Below, piece by piece: positions 1 through 10,818 of a stretch of DNA of 64,000 nt (position 1 is the first letter of the stretch; each line of letters opens with the position of its first letter). Origin of the DNA: an uncultured SAR86 cluster bacterium (GTDB lineage Bacteria; Pseudomonadota; Gammaproteobacteria; Magnimaribacterales; D2472). Both the position numbers and the translations under genes were made by a program. The DNA lies in contig CALSSL010000002.1 in NCBI GenBank assembly GCA_943789005.1, forward strand, positions 27,015-91,014, given 5' to 3'. The notes below the pieces were generated by a model. That model did not search any database, was not told where the DNA came from, and worked only from the letters and a program-made list of their open reading frames with translations.

Positions 1-544
1 TTTTAAAAAGATTTATTAATACACGACCAAATTCTTCAATTGTTTTAAGCCAGGAAAAGTTAAAAGATAAGGACGAAGCAGGAATAACAAATATAACTAA
101 AAAAACTAAAGCACCAATGAAACCTATTGCATTAGATAAGTTGATAAAAAAAATCTCTCCTAAATAGCCGCCACTCCTATCATCAAAATAATACTCAAGA
201 ATGGAACAAAAACTTATTAGCAATATAAATGAACTAACAAGTCTAATAATAATTTTTATTGAGGAGTTGTAAGCATCTTTAAAGAAAATAGTTTGTAGAG
301 CCCAAACTATTCCTATTAGCAAAATTAGAAAAGATCCTTGGCCAAATATTGTAAATAAAAAATCAGAAATATTTGCTCCCAGTGGTCCTCCTAAATTATT
401 TATTGCTAAGGAAGATGTTTTATTAAAAAAAGCTGGATCACTGGAGTCGTATGAAACTAATGCGATAAAAATATACAGAGAAAAAGCAATTAAGAAAAAA
501 CTTAAAAAATTTAAAAGTGTATTTTTTACGTAATTGGAGATCAT
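1..544 (-). CDS. ftsK: DNA translocase FtsK, N-terminal membrane domain (runs off window edge)
   Basis: Manual translation MISNYVKN...VSYDSSDPAF...NNLGGPLGANISDFLFTIFG matches the FtsK 4TM motif; divergent from trxB, a conserved proteobacterial neighbourhood. Confidence 0.85.
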   Translation of the reverse strand, partial: MISNYVKNTLLNFLSFFLIAFSLYIFIALVSYDSSDPAFFNKTSSLAINNLGGPLGANISDFLFTIFGQGSFLILLIGIVWALQTIFFKDAYNSSIKIIIRLVSSFILLISFCSILEYYFDDRSGGYLGEIFFINLSNAIGFIGALVFLVIFVIPASSLSFNFSWLKTIEEFGRVLINLFK

Positions 545-576
545 TGTATTTGTTTGACGTTAGTTTTTGTCCATAA

Positions 577-1563
<987 letters not shown>

Positions 1564-1569
1564 TTATCA

Positions 1570-2553
1570 ATGAAATATAAGGCATATCTTGTAGAAGAAA
1601 ATGATGGTGTTTATAAGGGCTCTGTAAAAGAAATAGATATGCCTACTATTGAGCCTGGAAATGTAATTATCAAGGTTCATTATTCATCATTAAATTATAA
1701 AGATGCCTTAGCTGCCTCTGGTGTAAAAGGAGTTGCTTCATCTTACCCTTTTGTTCCTGGAATAGATGTTGCGGGAGAAATTTTAGAATCATCATCAGAC
1801 TTATTTCATGTTGGAGATAAAGTTATAGCCACAGGTTATAAAATTGGTATGAAAGTATTTGGTGGCTTTGGTGAGCTTGTTCAAATTCCTGCTGAATGGG
1901 TTATTCCTTTGCCAGAGAATCTTTCATACAAACATGCAATGTCTTATGGAACTGCTGGTTTAACTGCTGGTGCATGCATAAAAAAAATGATAGATGCAGA
2001 TATACCAAAAGATATGCCGATAATTGTTTCTGGCTCAACTGGTGGAGTTGGATCGGTTGCTGTAAATTTATTGTCAAAATTAAACTATGAGGTTCATGCT
2101 ATTACAGGCAAACCTGAAGAAAAAAATATGTTAATGGATATGGGTGCTTCTGAAATTATTTACCGAGACGACTTTATGAGTGAACCAGTCAAAGCATTAG
2201 ATAAAGGAATTTATGCTGGGGGTATAGATACTGTTGGTGGAGATATATTAGCAAAAATCATTTCTATGATATCAAACCATGGTGCTGTCTCCTGTTGTGG
2301 AAATGTTGGTGGAACAAAATTCACATCATCTGTGTTTCCTTTTATACTTCGCGGGGTTTCACTTATAGGTATTGATTCAGCAGAATCAATATTAGAATTT
2401 AAAAAAAATATATGGAATCTATTTGCTAATGAATGGTCATTGAATTTAGATACATATACAAGAGTTTTACCATTAAATTATATCGATGATGAGATATCTC
2501 GAATTCTTGAAGGTAAACAAGTAGGAAGAGTTGTTATAAAACATGAGGTTTAA
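1570..2553 (+). CDS. acuI: Acryloyl-CoA reductase, YhdH/AcuI family (MDR)
   Basis: YSSLNYKDALA, PGIDVAG, GTAGLTA, SVFPFILRGVSLIGIDS are YhdH/AcuI signatures. Confidence 0.85.
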   Translation: MKYKAYLVEENDGVYKGSVKEIDMPTIEPGNVIIKVHYSSLNYKDALAASGVKGVASSYPFVPGIDVAGEILESSSDLFHVGDKVIATGYKIGMKVFGGFGELVQIPAEWVIPLPENLSYKHAMSYGTAGLTAGACIKKMIDADIPKDMPIIVSGSTGGVGSVAVNLLSKLNYEVHAITGKPEEKNMLMDMGASEIIYRDDFMSEPVKALDKGIYAGGIDTVGGDILAKIISMISNHGAVSCCGNVGGTKFTSSVFPFILRGVSLIGIDSAESILEFKKNIWNLFANEWSLNLDTYTRVLPLNYIDDEISRILEGKQVGRVVIKHEV

Positions 2554-2555
2554 TT

Positions 2556-2690
2556 ATGAATAAAGATGAATTTGAAAAATACTACGAGTCTCAAGAGGCA
2601 AATGAAGATAGCAAATCTGATGCTTATGTTATTTTAGTATTGGTAATAGTCAGTGTTATTGCTATGACGTATTGGGTAGCTGGCCAATAA
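2556..2690 (+). CDS. Small 44-aa membrane protein (acidic N-terminus, C-terminal TM helix)
   Basis: MNKDEFEKYYESQEANEDSKSDAYVILVLVIVSVIAMTYWVAGQ; GAGGT RBS; starts 2 nt after the acuI stop and fills the gap. Confidence 0.7.
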   Translation: MNKDEFEKYYESQEANEDSKSDAYVILVLVIVSVIAMTYWVAGQ

Positions 2691-2692
2691 AA

Positions 2693-3463
2693 CTATTTAG
2701 GCCCCATTCTCATAGCAGAATCCAGTCTAATTGTTTCACCATTTAAGTATGTATTATTAATAATGTGTTCAGCTAACTGAGCGTACTCTTCAGGATTACC
2801 AAATCTATGCGGAAACTGAGTTTCTTTTAATAATGCCTCTTTGTTTTCATCTTTAGCAAGACTCATCAGTGGTGTATCAAAAATTCCGGGAGCTATTGTA
2901 CATACTCTAATGCCATGACGAGCAAGATCTCTTGCTGCGGTTATTGTCATCCCAATTACTCCTGCCTTAGATGCTGCATAAGCTGATTGGCCAACTTGAC
3001 CTTCATAACCAGCAATTGAGGCAGTATTGATAATGACGCCCTTCTCACCCTTGTTATCTGGTTCATTTTTATCAATTAGTTCTGAGGCTAATCTCATAAC
3101 ATTAAATGTTCCTACTAAATTAAGATCAATAATAAATTTAAAGATATCTAATGGATGAGGTCCATTTTTTCCTAATATTCTTGCACCATAACCAGTTCCA
3201 GCACAATTAACTGCAAAGTTAAGTTTCCCAAAAGCTTTTTCAGTGCCTTCTATTGCAGCTTTAACAGAGTCCTCTTTCATGACATCTGTATTAAAGTAAA
3301 TAACATTATCTGAACCAAGAGCATTTATAGCTTCAGTAGCTTTTTCATCATTAATATCTAAAATAACAGCCTTGGCTCCTTTAGAAACAAAAAAATCAAG
3401 AGTAGCTCTCCCTAATCCAGAAGCACCACCAGTAATTAAAGCAACATTATTATTTAAATCCAT
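2693..3463 (-). CDS. SDR, type-2 3-hydroxyacyl-CoA dehydrogenase (HSD10-like)
   Basis: TGGASGLG, NCAG, YAASK, EGQVGQSAY, IAPGIFDTP, YLNGETIRLD. Confidence 0.9.
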   Translation of the reverse strand: MDLNNNVALITGGASGLGRATLDFFVSKGAKAVILDINDEKATEAINALGSDNVIYFNTDVMKEDSVKAAIEGTEKAFGKLNFAVNCAGTGYGARILGKNGPHPLDIFKFIIDLNLVGTFNVMRLASELIDKNEPDNKGEKGVIINTASIAGYEGQVGQSAYAASKAGVIGMTITAARDLARHGIRVCTIAPGIFDTPLMSLAKDENKEALLKETQFPHRFGNPEEYAQLAEHIINNTYLNGETIRLDSAMRMGPK

Positions 3464-3529
3464 CTTAACTCCTTTAGTTGTTATTAATGATTATAACCAT
3501 AAGAGAAAATTTTAATATAAATTTAATAT

Positions 3530-3545
3530 TGGCACATAAATTGCA
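3530..3545 (+). promoter_or_regulatory. sigma54 (-24/-12) promoter for porin-glnK-amtB
   Basis: TGGCAC-ATAAA-TTGCA, a perfect match to TGGCAC-N5-TTGCW. Confidence 0.88.
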
Positions 3546-3591
3546 TTAACAAAGATAAATATAAATTATTTTTCATAATAAGGAGAAAAAA

Positions 3592-4182
3592 ATGAAAAAA
3601 TTATTTTTACTTGTTGGGCTTTTATCTCTACCAACTTTTGCTAGCGTTAGTGCAAATGTTAGTTTCGCATCAGATTATATCTGGAGAGGAATGACACAGA
3701 CTGATGGACCAGCAATGTCAGGTGGTTTTGATTATGAAGCAGAGAGTGGATTCTATGCAGGTATCTGGGGTTCAAACGTTAATTTTAACGATGGCGCTGG
3801 AAGTGAATTAGATTATTACTTTGGTTATGGTTTTGAAGTTGGTGGAATTGGAGTTGATTTAGGTTACGTAGCTTTTGATTATCCTAAAAACAACACTGGT
3901 TTAGATTTTGAAGAAGTTGTATTGGGATTATCAATGGGAGATTTAGGTCTTACCTTTGCACTTGGCCAAGATGGAGCTCCTGATTACACAGAAATCTCAT
4001 ATGCATTTGGAGCACTGGGTGTTTCATACGGTGAGTATGATGATTATGGTGATAACTTTGCTATTTCTTATGGGTTTACATGTGGTTCATATGACTGCGG
4101 TTTAGCTTACACAGATTTTTCAGATGATGGATACGGTGCTGACGAAGACGCATTTGTATTTTCAGTCTCTGCAAGTCTTTAA
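3592..4182 (+). CDS. TorF/Gcw_chp family putative outer-membrane porin
   Basis: Signal peptide; SDYIWRGMTQT, GFYAGIWGSNV, ELDYYFGY; typical position upstream of glnK-amtB; AGGAG RBS. Confidence 0.85.
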   Translation: MKKLFLLVGLLSLPTFASVSANVSFASDYIWRGMTQTDGPAMSGGFDYEAESGFYAGIWGSNVNFNDGAGSELDYYFGYGFEVGGIGVDLGYVAFDYPKNNTGLDFEEVVLGLSMGDLGLTFALGQDGAPDYTEISYAFGALGVSYGEYDDYGDNFAISYGFTCGSYDCGLAYTDFSDDGYGADEDAFVFSVSASL

Positions 4183-4536
<354 letters not shown>

Positions 4537-4546
4537 GGAGTATAAA

Positions 4547-5785
4547 ATGGAAGAACTTGCATTTGCTTTAGATACATTTTACGCAGTTATGGCTGGAGCA
4601 TTAGTTATGTTTATGGCAGCTGGTTTTACAATGCTAGAAGCTGGACTGGTTCAGAAGAAAGATGTATCTGAAATTGTAACAAAAAATATTGGGCTATATT
4701 CTATAGCTTGTATTATGTACTTAGCCTGCGGCTTTGTAATAATGTATCCAGGATCTTATATAATTGAAGGTGTACTGCCATCAATTTTAGGCACTAGTTC
4801 ATTTGGTCTTTCGACAACATTACCTAATGAAGATATTGGGATGCCTTATGGAATGGATTATTCACAACAAGCTGATTTCTTTTTCCAAGTTGTTTTTGTT
4901 GCTACAGCAATGTCTATAGTATCAGGAGCGGTGGCTGGTAGAATGAAATTAATACCTTTCTATTTATTTGCCATTGTTTTAACAGCACTTATATACCCTA
5001 TCCAAGGAGCTTGGAACTGGGGCGGTGGTTTCTTAAGTGGCATGGGTTACTCTGACTATGCTGGATCTGGAACTGTTCACCTTTGTGGTGCAGCTGCAGC
5101 TTTAGCGGTAGTTACAGTTCTTGGACCAAGGAACGGTAAATATGCAGAAGATGGAACTTCTCTTCCAATGCCAGGATCAAATATACCAATGGCAGCATTA
5201 GGTGTATGGATTCTTTGGTTAGGATGGTTTGGTTTCAACGGCGGATCAGAATTAATTGTTAGTAATGAATCTGCAGCTATTGCTGTAAGTCAGGTATTTA
5301 TGAATACCAATATGGCTGCTTGTGGTGGTGTTGTTGCTGCAATATTAACTAGTTTAATTATGACAGGCAAAATGGATGTAACTATGGCAATGAATGGAGC
5401 TATAGCTGGTCTAGTAGCAATTACAGCAGGTCCAAGCGCACCATCAGGTGGTGAGGCTGTATTAATTGGTGCTATAGGTGGTGTTTTAGTTTACTTCTCT
5501 ATCTTATTCTTTGATAAGACATTAAAACTTGACGATCCTGTTGGTGCTATTTCTGCTCACGGTGTTGTAGGTATTCTAGGAGTCATGGTAGTACCATTTA
5601 CATCTGATGCATCCTTTGGCCCACAATTAGTTGGTGTTTTAGCAATAGCAGGTTTTACCTTTATTGCAAGCTTTATAACAATCTCTGTTATTAACAGCTT
5701 CATGCCAATTAGAGCGACTGATGAAGAACAGTATGCTGGTTTAGATAGTTCTGAGATAGGAGTTGAAGCTTATCCAGAATTTTAA
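4547..5785 (+). CDS. amtB: Ammonium transporter (first copy)
   Basis: DYAGSGTVH, WLGWFGFNGGS, DDPVGAISAH; start moved to ATG 4547 behind AAGGAG. Confidence 0.95.
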   Translation: MEELAFALDTFYAVMAGALVMFMAAGFTMLEAGLVQKKDVSEIVTKNIGLYSIACIMYLACGFVIMYPGSYIIEGVLPSILGTSSFGLSTTLPNEDIGMPYGMDYSQQADFFFQVVFVATAMSIVSGAVAGRMKLIPFYLFAIVLTALIYPIQGAWNWGGGFLSGMGYSDYAGSGTVHLCGAAAALAVVTVLGPRNGKYAEDGTSLPMPGSNIPMAALGVWILWLGWFGFNGGSELIVSNESAAIAVSQVFMNTNMAACGGVVAAILTSLIMTGKMDVTMAMNGAIAGLVAITAGPSAPSGGEAVLIGAIGGVLVYFSILFFDKTLKLDDPVGAISAHGVVGILGVMVVPFTSDASFGPQLVGVLAIAGFTFIASFITISVINSFMPIRATDEEQYAGLDSSEIGVEAYPEF

Positions 5786-5788
5786 ATT

Positions 5789-5879
5789 TATAGGTTAGGT
5801 ACCTTATCTCTCCCCTATATAACGAGCCTAACCTGTAATACATTAAAGAGCCACTATCCCCCTGGTGGCTCTTTTTTTT
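5789..5879 (+). ncRNA. Candidate 3'UTR-derived structured RNA with two C-rich loops
   Basis: 12-bp stem 5789-5800/5826-5837 (two G-U pairs) enclosing CTCTCCCCT, then a terminator hairpin with TCCCCC loop. Confidence 0.4.
5845..5879 (+). terminator. Rho-independent terminator after amtB
   Basis: AAAGAGCCACTA-TCCCCC-TGGTGGCTC followed by T8. Confidence 0.9.
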
Positions 5880-5895
5880 GCACTAAAAATTTGCA
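5879..5895 (+). promoter_or_regulatory. NtrC-like enhancer site
   Basis: TGCAC-TAAAAAT-TTGCA, one mismatch to TGCAC-N7-GTGCA, ~60 bp upstream of a sigma54 promoter. Confidence 0.55.
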
Positions 5896-5952
5896 TTTAT
5901 TTTAATTTTTTATGTACATGATCAATATTGATAGTTATATCAGTAATATATT

Positions 5953-5968
5953 TGGCATATAAATTGCA
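5953..5968 (+). promoter_or_regulatory. sigma54 promoter for second amtB
   Basis: TGGCAT-ATAAA-TTGCA; 15 of 16 positions identical to the promoter at 3530. Confidence 0.85.
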
Positions 5969-6002
5969 TCATATAAATATATATATTTTTAAGGGAGATA
6001 GA

Positions 6003-7280
6003 ATGTTTAAATCGATTATGATTCTGTGTGGTCTTATGACTACTTCTGTTCATGCAAGTGAACTAAATTCTGGTGATACCGCATGGATACTCACCTCCAC
6101 TGCATTAGTTTTATTTATGACCTTACCTGGATTAGCTCTTTTCTATGGTGGTTTAGTTAGATCAAAGAATGTTCTATCTGTTTTAATGCAATGTTTTGCT
6201 ATCGCATGTCTAATTTCAGTTTGCTGGGTTGTTTATGGTTATAGTTTAGCATTTAAAGGAGATGGTCTATTTATTGGTGATTTAAGTGCAGTGTTTTTAA
6301 ATGGTGTTGAGAGAGATTCTTTATCAGGGACTTTACCAGAATCTGTTTTCATAACTTTTCAAATGACTTTTGCAATAATAACCCCTGCTCTTGTTGTAGG
6401 TGCTTTTGCTGAAAGAATGAAATTTAAAGCAATGTGTGCTTTCTCAGTAGCGTGGTTTACATTTGTTTATCTTCCAGCCTGTCATATGGTCTGGGGAGGT
6501 GGATACCTAGGATCACTGGGTGTGATTGATTTTGCTGGTGGATTGGTTGTTCATGCCACTTGTGGTGTAGGCGCTCTTGTTGCTGCAGTATATTTAGGTC
6601 AAAGAAATGGTTTTATGAAATCACCCATGCCTCCACATAATAGAACAATGGTCATGATTGGTGCATCCATGCTTTGGGTTGGATGGTTTGGTTTTAATGC
6701 TGGAAGTGCTGTTGCTGCAGATGGTTCTGCTGGTATGGCTATGCTTGTTACACATATCAGTGCATCTGTTGGTGCTTTGACATGGATGGGAATCGAATGG
6801 ATAAAATCAGGTAAAGCAACAATGATTGGTATAGCAACTGGTATGGTTGCTGGATTAGCAACAATTACACCTGCTTCAGGAACAGTTGGACCAGCAGGAG
6901 CGCTACTAATTGGATTGATGGCAGGGATAATATGTTTTTATGCAACTCAGGCTGTCAAATCATATTTCAAAATTGATGACTCTCTTGACGTATTTCCAGT
7001 CCATGGTGTTGGTGGAATTCTAGGAATCATAATGTTAGCAATTGTAGGAAATCCGGAAGGTTTCTTAGGATCTGGTGCTTCAGGCATTTCAGAAGATGGA
7101 GTAATTGCACAATTATTAATTCAACTTCAGGGTGTATTTATAATTTGTGCATATACAGCTGTTGTAACTTACGTAATTCTAAAAGTCGTTAATGTATTTA
7201 CAGAAATTCGTGTTACTGGTGAGCAAGAAGATATAGGACTTGATATGAGTGAACATAATGAACAAGGCTATAGTTTATAA
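6003..7280 (+). CDS. amtB: Ammonium transporter (second copy, E. coli AmtB-like)
   Basis: GDTAWILTSTALV, FQMTFAIITPAL, DFAGGLVVH, DDSLDVFPVHG; start moved to ATG 6003 behind AAGGGAGA. Confidence 0.95.
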   Translation: MFKSIMILCGLMTTSVHASELNSGDTAWILTSTALVLFMTLPGLALFYGGLVRSKNVLSVLMQCFAIACLISVCWVVYGYSLAFKGDGLFIGDLSAVFLNGVERDSLSGTLPESVFITFQMTFAIITPALVVGAFAERMKFKAMCAFSVAWFTFVYLPACHMVWGGGYLGSLGVIDFAGGLVVHATCGVGALVAAVYLGQRNGFMKSPMPPHNRTMVMIGASMLWVGWFGFNAGSAVAADGSAGMAMLVTHISASVGALTWMGIEWIKSGKATMIGIATGMVAGLATITPASGTVGPAGALLIGLMAGIICFYATQAVKSYFKIDDSLDVFPVHGVGGILGIIMLAIVGNPEGFLGSGASGISEDGVIAQLLIQLQGVFIICAYTAVVTYVILKVVNVFTEIRVTGEQEDIGLDMSEHNEQGYSL

Positions 7281-8384
7281 AATAGAATTACTGTATTGAT
7301 TTAAATAAAATGAATGCATATCATCTTGCATGGTATGCATTCTTTCTTTTAGATATTGCATAGCATTATCTACTTCTTCGTTAGAAAAACTATGATTGGG
7401 AATATCTTTTCCCTGAATCATGCATGCAGCTATATTTGTAGAGTGTATTCTATATGATGACTTAATCTCATTTGTTATTTGTGAAGCGATGTCGTCATAA
7501 CTGTCTGATACAAATACCATCTTTTTACCAATCGAGAGATGTACATTCCCCTTCTGACCTTTAATGCCATCAGCAATACTTATGAGATCTTCTCTAGGTT
7601 CTTTTTCATAAGAAGTGTTTATTGATGTCAAATATAGTTCTCTTGTTTTTAATAAATCATTGGGGTCTTTTTCATATGAAATAGAAACTGGGACTACGTT
7701 AAGATCATTGAAGCATTTATCTATGCTTAATAATTTTCTCTTTGATAAATGTATCATTTTGAGAACAGTGGGGTCTGTATAGTCGATTCCATCTTTCGAT
7801 CTTCCCTGTTTCTGGGCTATCCATACTGATTCTGTTTTATTTAAAATAGAATTACAAATAAATTCAGAGGCAAGATTTAAACTTTTATAAATATCTTTTT
7901 TTGATTTATCGCTTCTATCTATAATAAAGCTTTTGTTAAGACGCATTAAATCTGAGGCCCATTTCTCATTCATTAAATTATTTCCAACTGCATTATTAGT
8001 TGTTTGGAAACCGTTTTGATGGAGTTTAAGATTTAATAATGCTGAATCTAAAGTTATGTCTCTATGATTAGATATAAAAAGATACCCTTTATTTTTGTCT
8101 AAGTTTTCAAGCCCAGAAACTGATAAGTTATCAATACTTTGAGAAACAACTTTAGAGACTATTGATTCAAAAAGATTCTGATATTCATGAATTGAGGTAA
8201 TGTTTTTTGTTTTATGCTTTAGATATAAGGAAATAATTTTTTCTTTAAAAGGGAGTAAAGACATTAAGCTATTATCAGCAGAATCTATTAAAGCTCTGAT
8301 AACATTAATATTTGAACAAAGACTTGATAGAACTTCCTCTACCTCGCTATCTTCGTAAGGTCTTATAGAGTCAAACTTATTCAC
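7275..8384 (-). CDS. Glycerolipid acyltransferase (PlsC/GPAT-like)
   Basis: NHRDITLD (HX4D) motif, WIAQKQGRSKDG, VPVSISYE. Confidence 0.85.
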   Translation of the reverse strand: MNKFDSIRPYEDSEVEEVLSSLCSNINVIRALIDSADNSLMSLLPFKEKIISLYLKHKTKNITSIHEYQNLFESIVSKVVSQSIDNLSVSGLENLDKNKGYLFISNHRDITLDSALLNLKLHQNGFQTTNNAVGNNLMNEKWASDLMRLNKSFIIDRSDKSKKDIYKSLNLASEFICNSILNKTESVWIAQKQGRSKDGIDYTDPTVLKMIHLSKRKLLSIDKCFNDLNVVPVSISYEKDPNDLLKTRELYLTSINTSYEKEPREDLISIADGIKGQKGNVHLSIGKKMVFVSDSYDDIASQITNEIKSSYRIHSTNIAACMIQGKDIPNHSFSNEEVDNAMQYLKERMHTMQDDMHSFYLNQYSNSIL

Positions 8385-8450
8385 GAATAGATAATTATTA
8401 AATTGTTAGTTTCTTATATTTTACATTATTAGTGTATACAATAACCAAAC

Positions 8451-9194
8451 ATGAAACCTTATCTGAACTACCAAGGTATAGCTGTGCTAGCTCATAGAGG
8501 TGGCTCAATTGAATCACTTGAAAATACCATTGAATCATTTCAGTACTCAAAATCTATTGGTTGTGAGTTTATTGAAACAGATGTTCAAGTATCATCAGAT
8601 GGAATTCCTTATATTTTTCATGATGAAACACTTACGAGACTCTTAAATAGAAATGATGTATTCAGTTCTCTTCATTCAAGCGAAATAGATAAACTTAAAA
8701 TCTTTAAAGAGCATTCCATACCAAAGCTTGAAACTGTTCTAATAATGTTCCCTGACATGAAGTTTCAAATTGATGTAAAGACAGATGAAGTGGCAATGCC
8801 AGCATTAGCAGTTATTCAAGAAAATAATGCTATGGATAGAGTCTGTATAGCAAGCTTTAATAGCAAACGATTAAGTTTAGTAAATAATAATTATCCAGAT
8901 ATTTGTATATCAATGGGGCCATATGAGGTTGCTAAGATGCTTTTATCTAGTTTTGGTTTATATAAAAAAACAATCTTAGGTAACTGTCTTCAAATTCCTA
9001 TTTATGAATATGGCATTAAACTGGTAACAAAAAGATTTGTAAAATTTATTCATAGCAAAGGTTTGAAAGTTTGTGTTTGGACAATTAACGATGAGAAAAC
9101 TTTTAAATATTTAATAGATCTAGGGGTTGATGGAATTATTACTGACAAACCAAAGCTTTTGTTTGAAGTTCTAAATTCAGTCTCTAATCAATAA
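8451..9194 (+). CDS. Glycerophosphodiester phosphodiesterase (GDPD)
   Basis: AHRGG, ENT, ETDV, FHD, WTIND, GVDGIITD. Confidence 0.92.
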   Translation: MKPYLNYQGIAVLAHRGGSIESLENTIESFQYSKSIGCEFIETDVQVSSDGIPYIFHDETLTRLLNRNDVFSSLHSSEIDKLKIFKEHSIPKLETVLIMFPDMKFQIDVKTDEVAMPALAVIQENNAMDRVCIASFNSKRLSLVNNNYPDICISMGPYEVAKMLLSSFGLYKKTILGNCLQIPIYEYGIKLVTKRFVKFIHSKGLKVCVWTINDEKTFKYLIDLGVDGIITDKPKLLFEVLNSVSNQ

Positions 9195-9372
9195 ATTTAA
9201 TAAGTACTCTTTTTGCTATTATATAAATAGGAATAATAATTGAGGTCGTTATAAGTATTTCAATTAAGGTCGAATAATCCATTAAGCTTCTTATAAAAGG
9301 AGCTAAGATAAAGCCAGATATTGCACCTAAAATACTATAAAAAATTATTGATTCTTTACTAAACAATTTCAT
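9184..9372 (-). CDS. Small two-TM hypothetical protein
   Basis: 62 aa, two hydrophobic segments, overlaps the MFS gene end. Confidence 0.6.
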   Translation of the reverse strand: MKLFSKESIIFYSILGAISGFILAPFIRSLMDYSTLIEILITTSIIIPIYIIAKRVLIKFID

Positions 9373-10615
9373 TTTTTACTCTAGTAAGCAATAGTCCACC
9401 AATGATAAATAAAACTGCGATAGGAAGTAGAGCTATTCTTACATTTCCATATAAAGTTAAAAGAGTTCCAACCATCAGTGGTCCTAGTATCGCCCCTGCT
9501 CTCCCCATAACATTGTATAGCCCAAAAAATTCACCAGCTTTCTCTTTGGGTATAAGCTTTCCAAACATTCCTCTAGAGCTTCCTTGAATACCCCCTTGAA
9601 CAAAACCAACCCAGGCAGCTAATAAATAAAACTCAAGTGCACTTGATAAGGTTGTACTGTAAATGATGATACAAATATATGAAGCAATAGTGATATAAAG
9701 CACTAGCTTGTCTCCATACTTATTAGCTACATATCCCCACAAAAGTGTTGCAGGAAATGCTACAAACTGTACCAATATTAAAGCTTGGATAATTGAGCTA
9801 GTTTCTAAACCTAAGTTAAGTGCAAAAGTTGATGCTAGATATATGACGGTGTGAGCGCCATCAATGAACAAAAAAAATGCTATCAAGAACAAGAAAGCAT
9901 TTTTATATTGATAAACTGATTTAAGTGTATTAAAAATATTTTTAAATGAAGAGATAAAAACGCTCATGGAATGCTGTTCTGTTTTATTTTCTTTAAAGTT
10001 TAAAAACAATGGTATTAAAAATAAAAGCCACCAAATTGAAACCATTAGGAAAGACACTCTGATAGCCTCAGCCTGTGAAGCTAAACCAAAAGAACTGGGA
10101 TATATGCTCATTAAAGCATTCAATAAAAATAATGCCCCTCCTCCAAAATAACCCCATGCATAACCTTGATTTGAAATAATGGAAAAATTATTAGGTGTAG
10201 TTATCTTTGTTAAAATTTTGTCATATGGGATTTGCGCAACACAAAAACAATAATTGGCAACTCCAAAAAAAATTAGTGCATAAAGCCAAGAACCAACATC
10301 AATAAAAAAAAGAGATCCGACAAAAAGAGCTCCAACTATAGTAAACATATTAAGTGCGCTTTTAGTTGATCTATTAATATCTGTGTATGCACCAATAACT
10401 GGACCAGAAAGCAATATTAAGGAATTACATATAACTAATGTCCAATTTAAATAGATTGATGCTTCAACTTTAGGCATCGTAGACGCCCAAAATTCAAGAT
10501 AGAAAATTGGAAAAAATGCTGCAACCACAGTTGTAGCAAAGGCTGAATTACCAGCATCATAGGCAATCCATGACTTAACCGTTTTTGTAAAAGTTTTTTG
10601 CGAAGAGATATCCAA
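9359..10615 (-). CDS. MFS transporter, UMF1/ATG22-like
   Basis: SWIAYDAGNSAF, GYAWGYFGG, AGEFFGLY; about 12 TM segments. Confidence 0.88.
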   Translation of the reverse strand: MDISSQKTFTKTVKSWIAYDAGNSAFATTVVAAFFPIFYLEFWASTMPKVEASIYLNWTLVICNSLILLSGPVIGAYTDINRSTKSALNMFTIVGALFVGSLFFIDVGSWLYALIFFGVANYCFCVAQIPYDKILTKITTPNNFSIISNQGYAWGYFGGGALFLLNALMSIYPSSFGLASQAEAIRVSFLMVSIWWLLFLIPLFLNFKENKTEQHSMSVFISSFKNIFNTLKSVYQYKNAFLFLIAFFLFIDGAHTVIYLASTFALNLGLETSSIIQALILVQFVAFPATLLWGYVANKYGDKLVLYITIASYICIIIYSTTLSSALEFYLLAAWVGFVQGGIQGSSRGMFGKLIPKEKAGEFFGLYNVMGRAGAILGPLMVGTLLTLYGNVRIALLPIAVLFIIGGLLLTRVKNEIV

Positions 10616-10719
10616 GTTAGCTCACTATAAATTTATAGTTTTATTTTATATGGAATAATATTAAATAACCTTGTAAATGAGCATATTTTTGATATATTTT
10701 TTAGAGGGAGGAGAAAATC

Positions 10720-10818
10720 ATGAGTGATAGTCAAACTATTAAGCTTGGTGGATACTTTGTAATAGGTATTGGTTCTATAGTATTTTTATTGGGACTTGGT
10801 GCTTATCTCTTTTATTAG
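10720..10818 (+). CDS. Small 32-aa single-TM protein
   Basis: MSDSQTIKLGGYFVIGIGSIVFLLGLGAYLFY; very strong RBS AGGGAGGAG; stop overlaps the HIT gene stop. Confidence 0.7.
   Translation: MSDSQTIKLGGYFVIGIGSIVFLLGLGAYLFY

Noticed and set aside
5928-6002. N-terminal extensions given in the ORF track (both amtB, phoR, gspF, gspH, edd, aceF, GPH transporter)
   Set aside because: They overlap promoters or upstream genes; downstream ATGs with an RBS or typical coupling fit better
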